A DNA stretch of 64,000 nucleotides. It comes from Caecitellus pseudoparvulus (taxonomy: Eukaryota > Protista > Bigyra: Bicosoecida). Below are positions 1 to 12,200 of this stretch, piece by piece. The first letter of the stretch is position 1, and every line of letters begins with the position of its first letter. Under the pieces are notes generated by a model. It was not told the DNA's origin. It did no database searches and saw nothing but the letters and a program-made list of their open reading frames with translations. Both the position numbers and the translations under genes were made by a program. The stretch is from NCBI GenBank assembly GCA_965644315.1, contig CBFFRQ010000054.1, forward strand, positions 310,001 through 374,000. Direction: 5' to 3'.

Positions 1-325
1 CCACGAGGATCCGACTGGCTGTCTGCTGTGCAACGACGATCCCTTTTGCCACAACGTGCTCGTTCAAAATGGCATGCTTCTTCTGCACAGGGGCAGGGGG
101 CAGGCGCAGCGTGCGCGGCAGTGTGGCAAATGTAGCAGCGGAAAATGAACTGCGCACCGTCGCTGGGCGCATGCCAATTGTGCCTGCTATGCCCATCTCC
201 AGCGCATCCAGGTCTTCGTACAGCTGTCGCATCTGCGTGGTTTCATAGAACGGGGCACAGTGTGTGTGCGCGGCCAGGGCCGGGCCGGCGTCTGCGCTCA
301 CCGTTTCGAGCGTCGTGCTGGCCAT
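1..325 (-). CDS. SF3A3: 5' part of probable splicing factor 3A subunit 3 (SF3A3/PRP9); runs off the left edge
   Basis: Exons 325-302, 232-158 and 82-<1, joined by phase-0 GT-AG introns, give MASTTLET-MRQLYEDLDALEMGIAGTIGMRPAT-KKHAILNEHVVAK. This resembles the SF3A3 N-terminus (M.STLLE..R..HE..ERL). Possible homopolymer slip near nt 41-48. Confidence 0.5.
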   Translation of the reverse strand, partial: MASTTLETVSADAGPALAAHTHCAPFYETTQMRQLYEDLDALEMGIAGTIGMRPATVRSSFSAATFATLPRTLRLPPAPVQKKHAILNEHVVAKGIVVAQQTASRILV

Positions 326-764
326 GGCTGGTGCTGTGCTCCTGCTTCCCACGCAGCGACACCTGACCGGCGCAGCACCTACAGGTGCCAACACAATGCA
401 TGCAAACTCGTGAACACTGTGAGTGCCGATCTTTTCATTTTGCCTGCGGCTGGAGCTGTGCTGGCAGTGGGAGTGAGACAGGTATCATCGCAGGACCAGC
501 GCCGACGGCAGTCGCCCTCAGTGGCCCTAATTCCCCCACACTGCGCCAAGCACGGGAGTGCAACCCTGGCTATAGGTGGTGCGCTGCCCACTCACCCTGG
601 TCTTCCTTCTTGCCCCCATTTTATCTCGGACCTGCCAGCACCCCCTCCGATTCCTCTGCCTCCGTGCTCTGCTGCGGCACAATGCAGGGCAGCCACGCCA
701 CGGGAAGCCCCCGCTTCCACGGCGCAGACTTCTACAGGAGCAGTGCTGTTGGTGGGCCTGTGCC

Positions 765-2998
765 ATGCCAGCCCGCTCCCATTACTGGGCAGGGGCTGCC
801 ACGGGCAGCAAGCGCCAGGAGCGCGGATTTTGCAGCTTCCCAGCGGCCTTGCGGGCACCTCTTGCAGCTTCAGCCAGGTGCGTGTTGTTGACGCAGGGTG
901 CATGGCACGTAGACGTGCTGAAGTTGCTTGCTTTGTACATGTCGACGTGTCCCTGGCGCACTGCCCAGCTGCCGTCGAGGGGCGCTTCGCCTGCCTTCAT
1001 GCCGCATGCGACCACGCAACGCAGATGCCGTGTGCTACTTGACCTCGTTCCAGTCTCTGAAGGACACCAGCGCCTTGCGTAGCACTTGCAAGCAGCTCAA
1101 TCAAGACCTGAACGATAGCATGTTTTGGTCAGAGCGCTTCCGGCAGGACTTCGGGCTGCCGGGCGAGCGTGAGGCGACGTTTCATGGACTTCGCCCGACG
1201 GCCCCCGCGCACTGGCTGGCGGAGGTGGGTGGCCCTGGATCCCGGCGCCTGGCCAGGGCCTCTGCCAGCGCTGAGCAACCACGCTCCTTTGCAGTGGGTG
1301 GGCGCAAGCTGCTGGGACTGTCCCAGCGTCTCGGCACCTCCATGGCACGCATGTTCACACAGCCGGCAGTTATGCCAGAGCAGTCGCCGGCCGGGGGTGG
1401 CGCTGCCGGCACTGCGGGACACCTGCACCGAAGTGCGAGTTTCCACGGCGCCTCGGCGCCGAAAGTGCCCCGCACTGACTCCGCCTCCAGTGCAGCACTG
1501 CAGCCGTCGCGCAGCAGCAGCGCTCGCCCGGGTGCCGCCGCCGTGCACCGCCCTCGCCTCTCCACATCCCTGCGCATCCCCCCCTCGTACTCTGGGCGTG
1601 GTGCAGCGGATGTGGACATGGCCAAGTGGCTGCCACCTGGCTTCTGGCGCCGCAAGTATATGGAGGCCCTCGCCGATGTCCGGCGCGCACGGCAACAGCA
1701 CTCCATGCAGGAGGGTGGCGCCAATGCGGCGGTCGCCAGCGTGCTCCGAGGGGTCCAGCTGCGGTATGCACTGGACTGCTTCCACTGGCTGTGTGGGGCT
1801 GGCATGCCAGCCCTGGCGTTCCTTGCGGCGCTGCTGCTGCTGGGGGAGCGCTGGAACTTCGAAGGGGAATACCCCCTGCGCATCCAATCTCAGTTCAACT
1901 CCAGCACCAACATCACCACCACATTTGTTTCCAACGCAGACCGACCAGTGGAGCCCATCTCGTACTCTGCTGTGTTTGGAACGGCTTACGTGGGTTTTGC
2001 CGGCATCTTCCTGTCTCACTTCCTGGTGTTTGTTTCTCTGCTGAACTACCAGCCTCTCCGGCGGGCGGAAGACCCAGCCAAGTGGCGCGTGCCAGGGGCG
2101 TGCACTGACCTTGCGGCGGGGGAACTGCGGCATCCGTGGGGCCTCGTCGTCAAGGGCATGCTAGACAACGCTCGACTCATCACAGCGCCTGCGGATGTGC
2201 GGGGAAACTTCCCCGCCGCCTGTGGCTACTGCGAGTCAGCTCGCACTCTCGTGCCATCCTTCCTCGTCCTGTACACTGGGGCATGGGCAAGCATCCTCGT
2301 CGCGACGGTGCTGTGGTGGCAGAAACTGGAAGCCCTTGCCTCCCGCACAACGGATGAGGGGCGAGAGTGGGAACTCCTCCTGGCGCCCATACTGTGTGCC
2401 TGTGTTGCGCTGGGGCAGGCCTGGCTGAACGCGGGCATGACTGATGCGCCGGACTTCAGGTGGGACTTGCCTGGGGAAGCATCTGGGTGCATCATCAACA
2501 CCCAAGCCGCCGGCATCGGAGCGTCAGCCATCATTGGTGTCCTTAGTCTCAACGAGGACCGGCTTGGCGCTCCATCGGGCTCGTTCGTGCCCATCCTCAT
2601 CGCAAACGGTTCGTGCAGATTGCTCCGTAGCCGTTCGTCTCGCCCCGCCTGCCTCTTGACGCACTCCTCACCTCTTGCCTTCCGCAGCTGCCCCCCTCCT
2701 CAGCCACCATGAAATTTATCCGAACGTCAGGGTGCGAGCTGTCATGTTTCTGTACCATGGCTTGATGGTGGCCGCCGGGGCGATGCAGATCGTGTGGTAC
2801 GATAACGTCTCCGACGACCCGACTTCGAAGTGGGCGACGAATTGGCATGCTGTCCTTGCGCCGTGGTATGCGCTGTTTGCCGTGGCGGCGCTCTTGGCTG
2901 GCGTTGCCGTGGCTCGGCCATCTTTTGATCCGCGACCGGCACACCTGCAGGCTGTCCAGGGCTCACTGCGGGACATTGACTCCATCCGCGTTGTGTAA
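765..2998 (+). CDS. F-box-like protein with multipass transmembrane C-terminal region (5' exon structure uncertain)
   Basis: F-box-like DVLKLLALYM...SLKDTSALRSTCKQLNQDLNDSMFW spans two frames, so an intron or indel lies near 945-1050. The long ORF 928-2712 carries several hydrophobic helices. Intron 2609-2687 (GT..CAG, phase 1) joins in frame to the exon ending at TAA 2998. Confidence 0.55.
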
Positions 2999-3299
2999 AT
3001 GCTGTATTCTGCATCCTGGGTCTCAAGGCATGTGCTTGGCTGTGCTTAAGGGCTTGTAGCGCGCGGAGGGTGCTCCAAACTGCAGCTGGAATGCTGCGAT
3101 GGGCCGGTGTAGCCTGGGAACTCGCCCCTTTGTTTGGCAGCCCTCGCCTGCCAAATTGCGGGAGCGAGTCTCTCGGAGGTCGTCCTTTGCCACCGCCTCC
3201 TCAAATGCCAAACCTGGCGGAAAATGCACCCACATGCTGAATGCGTTCATTTCCTTTCTCGGCACGCTTGCTCTCACCTCCAGTGATTGCGTGTCTTCC

Positions 3300-6200
3300 A
3301 TGGCACAGGCCGGGCCAGACTGGCTCGCGGCAAGGCCGCTGCCAGAGTGGGCCAAGAAGAAGCCCAAGAGCACACAGAGCAAGCAAGCTCATGCTAAGGC
3401 TCTGAGCCAACTTAGGGACATCCACCTTGTGCACGATGCTTCGATGCGGTCCGTCAACCCAGACGGTACGGCGAGCTTGGACCACGAAGGACGCGCGTTT
3501 CAGAGCACGCTGCATGCGCAAGTCACAACCAAAGGCATGTGGCGGAAGCCCCGCGACCTGGGGGCGATCAAGCGAAGCCAAGCCAGAGCTGATAAGCTGA
3601 AGGCGCGGGTTCGAGGCGTGGCCCATGTGGCAGGCCTTGTGAAGCAGGGAGCGGAGGGGACAACGACAACTCAACAAGCACCCCTTGCGGCAGCAACTTC
3701 CGCACTCAAAAAGCGGCACAGTCAGCTTTCCCTTGCAGTCGCACCCAACCTCCCCCAGACAACGCCTTCCTCTGAGCACCTAGATCATGCCCATGATGAC
3801 CGCCTGCAGCTTCTCCTCGCATTGCTGCCGGAACAGGAGCGTCGTGGACCAGAGACACTGTGCGTGTGTGATGCGTGCTGCGATTATTCATCGCGCTTGA
3901 ATGAAGCCGAAGCCCTCGTCCGATCGCAGGATGCTGAGACAGTCGTGTCAAATCAGCTGCTTTTCCCCCCAACGACTGCACATCCAGCAGCACAAGCTTC
4001 CGCTTGGCCAATTCGACGATGACTCTTTTGAGGAGCGGAGCAACGAGACTTGGGCTGCCACCTCCACGAGTGTGAGTTCTCATTCTATTGCCCAGCGTGC
4101 GTTGCCGTATCCCTGCACTCTCACGCTGCTACCTGCTTAGGCGCGCTCCCCTTGGTACGCACATGGTGTGTGGAGCTGGGAGCCTGTGCGAGTTCTAGGG
4201 TACACAACGACGACACAGAGGTTCCGAGTGAAGTTCACCGAGTCCGGGCGCGAGAAAGAAGTCCCTAGACTTAGCATTCTGTTTGACGAGGAGGACCCCC
4301 TGCGCTTTGCCCTGCGGCTGAGGGCTGCGATGCTGAGCAGGGAGCGCACCAAGCTACGAATTCGACTGCAGCACTTTGTCGACTCTCGACCTGAACTTGC
4401 CCCATCACCGCTGGCAGACTCCACTCTTCACCGTCTTCACTGCAAGACAGTCAGCTTCCGGAGTCGGGAGGAGGCAGTGTCTGTCATGCAGATGGCTGCT
4501 CATGCAAAGCACCAGGCTGCACTCGGGCTTGGTCGCAGCAATCCCCTCACTGCGGCTCGCACTCTTGCAGCGCAGCTTCGAATTCGGCCTCGGAGTCGCC
4601 TAGACGTGTTGCGAGTCGCTGAGTTGAAGGCTGGGCTGGATCACCAGCGCTCCCAGCTGCTCCACGGGCTGGGAAAGATGGGGGCGCGAACGCCGACTCA
4701 CGCGTCGCCTCCTGCCCCCCTCACGGCAGCAGGCGCAAAAGCACTGCAGAAAGCTGAAAAGGCGTGGCAGGCCCTCATTCCTGACGTGAGCACTTCAACG
4801 CAGCGGATAGAGGAAGAGAATGAGCTGGTAGTTCGTGAGCTGCTTGAGGCGGAAGCATGCCACACTCCGTGCTTCTCGCTGCTGGTTGCAGAGGTGGCTG
4901 ACTTGCACGAAGCAGCGTTGCGGGAGGCATCCCTCGACCACCTTGCAGTTCGCAAGCCAGAGAAGTTTGAAGGCCTTTTGCATGCTGCCAGCTTGCAGGG
5001 CCTTCTGCAGCCACTGCGGCACCGGCCAAGTGCTGCTGTGCATGCGGCTCCAGCTGACGGCTTTGATTTCATGCGCAGCGCGCAAGCTGTCACGATGTCT
5101 GCTTGGCTTGGTGAGCCCGCCACCGTCAACATCATGCTGGCCGTTGCTCAGTCCTGGGAAGAAACTGTCGGTGACCAGCTGCTGTGCCCAACTGCTGCAC
5201 CCGCTGCCGCCAGCGCGGCAGCAGACAGTGTCTCCCACGACAGCGCCTTGGAGCTGTCTGAGTACCGCGAACACCTGCGCGGGCACATGCGCAGGGTCGC
5301 ACGCCAGGTCTCTGATGCCTGGCCAAGAGAGGTCCGAAACACGGTGTCTGACCAACTCGCATCGTCAGGCAGGGACGCCAGATTCAACTTGCTAGTGCCA
5401 TCATGGGAGGCGTACTTGGCTTCTCCCACGTACAGTCTGATGACCCTTGTGCACTGCCACATGGCAGACAAGCTGCGCACGTTTGCTCTGCAAAGCTTAA
5501 GGGGGCTTGTTGAGACCACGGACTCCTTCATACCTGAAGTCGCTGCTGGGCGACAGGCAGTGCATGATCTTGCGTCGCTGGACGTGCAGCCCCTCCTGCG
5601 ACTGACTGCTCGGGCAGAGGAGGGCCAGGAAAGACAGTGGGCGTCGTTCCCGATGGCGATGCACGTGAAGCGAGGATGGTCCCTGCTTGATGAGAGGGCG
5701 CTGCAGGCTCGAGCAAACGACGCCGCGCGGGAGGCAGCTTGGGCTGCATATGTTGCAGACCAAGAGGCTGCTGCCCAAGGCAAGCAAGACACCCCCCGCA
5801 GCGAGGAAACCGCGAGGGAAGCTCATGATGACGCCTCCTCCCTCATAGATGAAGGTAGTCCACATGGCCCAGATGACATGCATGTGCAGGGTGTTGTTCC
5901 TGCCGACGCTGATCGCTCCGGAATCGTGGAGGTGGTCGCTGCAGCATTGACGGGACGCGTGGTGGGTACGGATCCCACCATGGATGAGGTGCAGCGCATG
6001 TTCATGAAAGTGATCCCAAGCATTGTGAAGACTGTGACCTCCGTCACCAGCTTGCCCGAGCAGTGCCTCGCTCTCGCCAGCAGCCCCTCGGGCGCCACCC
6101 CCATCTTACCTGTACAAGATGAAGAGGAGCCTTCCCATGCTGCAACCGTTGACGCTGCCATTGTAGACACCGAAACAAAGGTGGCACGGAACTTAGCCGA

Positions 6201-9200
6201 TGCTTTTCTGCCAGCGCAGCGCCTGCTATCCGAGTACCAGGCGTATGCCTGGCTGCTCAGCATCGACTTGGCGCCGTTCGTGTCCGAACTCGGCAGCCTT
6301 TCCCCGCCAGCCTCCTTCCAAGAACTCCTATCGGAGGCAACTCGGTACCAGACAATAGGCCAGGAACTTGCGAGAATTTCTTTGGACGTCGTTGCTTGTG
6401 GATTGTTCCTCGTCGATGTCTCGAGCATCAAGGCGGAGCTCACGCGAAAAGCAGAGACAGTGAAGACGGCCATTCTGCATGCTGCACTGCGCGTACTGCG
6501 GGAGCAGGTCTCCGCGCTCCATGATGCGTACATTGATCATCAGTCCCACTTTCTCGTGGTGCCGCAGACTGAGCATGAGCTGAACCAGCTGCAGGGCTTC
6601 ATTCACGACAGCAAGGCGGTCCTCGCCAGGTTAAATGCGGAAGCAGACTCGCTCTGTGGGGAGCTAGATGCCCTGGAGAAGTTTTCGATGAAGATTCCTA
6701 GTGATGCTTTTGAGGAAGTCATGGGCTTGAAGGCACTTCCCCAGCAAGTGGACGAGGCCATGAGTGACTGCTTGTATGGCATCGAGTCCCAGAAGGAAGC
6801 CATGGTCAAAGCCCTCGCACAGCAGCAGAGCGCCTTTGACAGGGCGATATCCGGGCTCGAGGATCGCATAGAGCGCTTCAAGAACGTCGAGGATACCACC
6901 GATCTTGTACGCATCACGTCAGAGGCCCAGGACATCGACTCTGCACTGCGAGAAGCCGCTGCCCAAGCGCACGACTTTCATGAACGCCAGGAAGCCTTGG
7001 GATTTGTCAAGACTGACTATTCCGTGCTGGACGAGCTCGTGGCTGGCTGTGAGAGCTTCATGAGGCTGTGGTCGTGTGTGGCTGACTTCGAAGCCAGCCG
7101 CACTTCGTGGCTCACCGGACCCTTCAGCGACTTGCAAGCAGACAAGGTTGACGCAGCCATCACTGAGTAGTGGTCGCTTTCAGGCAAGCTTGCACGCCAG
7201 TTCGAAGAAAGCCACCCAAACGTCAGCGCAGTTGCGGCGTCCCTGCGCGTGAAAACCGCAGAGTTCAAGACCCTCATGCCTTTTGTCAAGTGCCTTGCCT
7301 CGCCAGCTCTGAAGTGGTGGCATTGGGATGAAATCAGCGATGCGGTAGGCAAGCCAATCGAGAACGATGCTGACTTGACCCTGCAGCATCTGCTAGATGA
7401 GGGAGTGCGAGATTTCATGGCAGACATCGAGGATATCTCCGTGAAGGCTGAGAAGGAGCATGCGCTGGTGCTGCAGCTGGATGCGATGCAGCAGGAGTGG
7501 GAAGACCTTGCCGTCGAGGTCAAGGCCCACAAGAACACGGGCACGTACATAATTGGTGGCATAGATGACATCGAGCAAGTTCTGGACGATCACTTGGTGA
7601 AGACGCAAACGATGATGGGGTCCCCCTACGTGCACCACGTGAAGGACAAAGCTGCAGCCTGGGAGCGCACCCTCTCATACATCTCAGAAGTGCTCGAGGA
7701 GTGGCTGCGCTTGCAGCGGACTTGGATGTACCTGGAGCCAATTTTTGCTTCCGATGACATCAACAGGCAGATGCCAGCCGAAGGCCGTCGGTTCGCAAAC
7801 ATCGACCGCATGTACCGAGGTGCGCTTGCTGAGACAGTTGACAGTCCAGGCTTGCTGCAAGTGTCACGTCGAAGAGAGCTTGCAGGAGCCTTTGCCGAGG
7901 CAAACGCTGCACTGGACAAGATTCAGAAGAATCTCAACGACTACCTCGAGACAAAGCGGCAGGCTTTTCCTCGCTTCTACTTCCTGTCCAACGATGGGCT
8001 GCTGGAGATCCTGAGTCAGACGAAGGATCCCCGGACTGTGCAGCGCCACCTGGACAAGTGTTTTGAGGGCATGGCTAAGATCTCCTTCGCGGAGCAGCTT
8101 GACGGTGACGAAGGAGACCTGCGGATCTTGCAGATGATATCTGTCGAGGGGGAGCGCATTGACTTGGCAGTGGCAGTGGACCCCACAGCCCCTGAAAATG
8201 TCGGCAACGTAGAGCTCTGGCTGGGCAAGTTGGAGAAGGCCATGCGACTGACAGTGAAGGCATTCATCCAGAAAGCCTTGCCTGCGTACCAGGCCACGCC
8301 CAGGGCGGAGTGGGTGCTGCAGCACCCCGCCCAAGCTGTCCTCAACGTGGGGCAGCTGTTCTGGACCCGTGATGCAGAGGAAGCCATGGACAGCAGCGGG
8401 AACCAAGGCCTGAAAGCCTTCGTTGAAACACTGAATGGGCAACTCACAGCCATCGTGCACTTGGTTCGAGGGCAGCTGTCAAAGTTGCACAGGATCACCA
8501 TGGGTGCGCTGTGTGTCGTCGATGTGCATGCTCGGGACGTCATCGACAGCATGGTGGCTGCAGGCGTCCAGAGCAAGAGCGAGTTTGCGTGGATGTCCCA
8601 GCTCCGATACTACTGGGAGGAGAAGGAGGATGTCTGGGGGCGGTATGGTGGCGACCCTTGGAACCTCCTTCCTCGCATCGTGAACGCGACGCAGATGTAC
8701 GGGTACGAGTACTTGGGAAACTCTTCCAGGCTTGTCATCACGCCCCTGACTGACCGATGCTACCGCACACTGATGGGAGCTGTATCGCTGATGTACGGTG
8801 GGGCACCTGCGGGTCCGGCAGGCACTGGGAAGACTGAGACCACAAAGGACCTGGCAAAAGCCATGGCCATCCAGTGTGTCGTGTACAACTGCTCTGACCA
8901 ACTGGACGTCGCGGCCATGGCGAAGTTCTTCAAGGGACTTGCCGCCTCAGGTGCATGGGCCTGCTTCGACGAGTTCAACCGCATCAACCTGGAAGTGCTG
9001 TCTGTCGTCGCGCAGCAAATCCAGTGCATCGTGGATGCCAAGCGGCGTGCCGCGAAGTCCTTCGACTTTGAGGGGGTTCGCCTTGCACTCAACCCTGATG
9101 CCAATTGCTTCATCACCATGAACCCGGGGTACGCTGGCCGGACAGAGCTGCCCGACAACCTCAAGGCCCTCTTTCGACCCTGCGCGATGATGGTGCCAGA

Positions 9201-12200
9201 CTATGCCCTCATTGCAGAGATCAAGCTGTACTCGTTCGGCTTTGAGGGGGCACGGGTGCAGGCCAGGAAGGTCACCCAAGTCCTGCGACTCGCCTCGGAG
9301 CAGTTGTCATCCCAGAAGCACTACGACTATGGGATGAGGGCTGTGTTTTCCATTTTGCTGAGAGCAGGGCAGCTGCGGCAAGAGCTCGGTGACTCCTGGA
9401 CAGAGGACAAGATTGTCTTGCGTTCCATCAACGATGTGAACGTCCCGAAGTTCACAACGAATGACCTGCCGCTGTTCAGCGGCATCACTCAGGATCTCTT
9501 TCCCGGCGTTTGTCTGCCACAGCCGGACTACAGACTTCTGGAGTGGGCTGTCAGGGGCATCTGCAAAGCTGAGAACTTGCAACCTAAGGACCAGTTCCTG
9601 CGAAGCGTCTTTCAGCTGACGGAAACGGTTGCAGTGCGTCATGGCCTCATGGTAGTAGGGGAGACTTGCTCTGGCAAGTCGACAGTCATCTCTACCCTGG
9701 CAAAGGCGATGTCCTCCATCAGCCACTCAGACGACTACGATGCCGTGGCTGTGCATGCCATGAACCCCAAATCTGTGAAGCAGAATCAGCTGTATGGCCG
9801 CAAGGACCCAAACACAATGGAGTGGAGTGATGGGGTCCTGGCTGTGCTGTATCGGAGGTGTGCCACCTCACAATCTAGCAAGAAGCAGTGGATCCTATTT
9901 GACGGGCCAGTGGATGCAGTGTGGATCGAGGACATGAACACTGTGCTTGATGACAACAAGAAGCTGTGTCTTTCTTCTGGGGAGATCATCAAGATGTCTC
10001 CCAAAATGACCATGATGTTTGAAACGGACAGTTTGCAGGAAGCTTCGCCGGCTACAGTTTCCCGCGTTGGCATGGTGTTCATGGAACCCAATCGGGTGGG
10101 TTGGAGGCCATCTGTACAGTCTTGGATGCACCGATTGCCATCTGCTCTTCAGGAGTCCGCCCATGCTGCTCATCTGGAGAGCCTCTTCGAGTGGCTGGTC
10201 CCACCATGCCTGTACTTTGTGCACAAAGCCATCCCACAGCTGTGCCCAGTGCCCAGCATAGAGCTTGTGCATTCTCTGCTGGACATGCTCTGGTGCTTGC
10301 TTGTGCCCGCGTTTGCAGATCCGACAGCAGATCCAGACATCTCCCTTGCCGTTCCTCACACAGATGAGCATGCCGCCCTCCACCCTCCGACCTGCCCTGC
10401 TTCACTCCCCATGCCACAAAGTAAAGACACAGGAAAGGTTATTGAGTCAGCCTTCATCATGGCGCTGATCTGGTCAGTGGGTGCAGTCACACCAAGCCAA
10501 GGCAGGCAAGCCTTTGACCACTTCCTGCGGTGCCTTCTGGCTGGAGAAGCAGACTCGTCCGAGGAGTTCAAGGACTTCCTCACCAAGCACCCCACCTTCG
10601 ACGCGCACTTCACGGATGGTGGACACGCTTCCAGAGCACACGATGGGGATGTCCGCACACTTGACCATTTGGCTTGGCGGATGCTGGATGCAGGCGTGGG
10701 ACACCTGGGCAAGGCGGCGGCAGGGGATGCGGCCCAAGCCGGGGACCATGACCCCGAAGAAAGCGAGCCAGCGTCTGAAGAGCAACTCAAAAACCTGAGC
10801 GGAAGGTTTCACTCTGAGCCTGTCCGTGGGGGCAAGCTGCGCAGCACCCTTGCAAAGGTACCACAAGACCGCCTACTGTACGACTACCGAGTGGACCTGA
10901 GCAGCGGCAGCTGGGTGGAGTGGACAAAAGGAGTGCCCCGCTTCGAGGTCCCTGCCGAGGCAAGCTTTGAGTCAATCATGGTGCCCAACCTTGACTCCAT
11001 TCGCAGCGAGTGGCTCGTCGACGCTCTGGTGCGCAACAATAAACATGTGCTGTGTGTCGGGGAGACGGGGACTGGGAAGAGCGTGTTGCTGAGCAGCCTC
11101 CTGCGCCAGCGCCTGCCTGGGACGTTCATGCCCCTGCTCATGGCCTTCTCGGCCCAAACATCAGCCAATCAGACGCAAGACATCATTGATGGAAAGTGCA
11201 AGAAGTGGCGGAAAGGGGTGTACGGCCCACCGCCTGGCCGCCGCTTGGTAGTGCTTGTCGACGACTTGAACATGCCAGCGAAGGAAACGTATGGGGCGCA
11301 GCCGCCGATCGAGCTCCTGAGGCAGTGGATGGACTATGGCGGGTGGTACGATCGAGAGGACAAGGAGCAAGGCTTCATGAGGGTGACAAACACCCAGTTT
11401 GTCGCAGCCATGGGGCCTCCAGGAGGTGGGCGCACGACCATCTCGCAGCGCTACGTGCGCCACTTCAACGTGCTGGGTTTCACACCATTTGCAGCAGAGC
11501 AGCTACAAAGCATATTTAGCACCATTATGGCATGGTCTTGCGCAGGCTTCACGACCAGCGTGACTGCGGTCTGCCAGCCCCTTGTGGCAGCCACCATTGC
11601 GCTGTACACGTCCATTGCATCGGAGCTCAGGCCCACCCCTGCAAAGAGCCACTACACATTCAACTTGCGAGATCTAAGCAAAGTGTTTCAGGGTATGAAC
11701 CAAGCAAGCCCTGACATATTTGTGGATGCCAAGCAATTCGTCCGTCTCTGGGGGCACGAGTGCCTGCGGGTGTTCGCCGACCGTCTGATCGACGAGGACG
11801 ACACGCGTTGGTTCCTGCAGAACCTGGTTCTTCAGGTGAAACAGCATCTACGCATGGACTGGGAATCTGAAGAGCTTCGCGGGCCTGCTCCGTCCTTGCT
11901 GTACAGCCACTTTGCCGACGACAAAGGGCATAGGTACTCGCAGCTAGATGACGCAGGGGTGCTGAAGGAAAAGATGGCAGGCTTTCTGGCCGACTACAAC
12001 GTCATGTCGTCTGCAAAGTTGTCGTTGGTGTTGTTCGACAATGCTATCGAGCACATTTGCCGCATCGCCCGGGTGGTGAACTTGCCGCTGGGGAACGCGC
12101 TGCTGGTGGGCGTCGGTGGCAGTGGCCGCAAGAGTCTGACGAAACTCGCCGCGTTTATCTCCGAGATGCAGCTGATCCAAATCGAAATTAGCAAGTCGTA

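Noticed and set aside
7167-7183. Tiny GT..AG intron removing the dynein TAG
   Set aside because: 17 nt is not a multiple of 3 and would shift the frame; it is also far below the local intron size.
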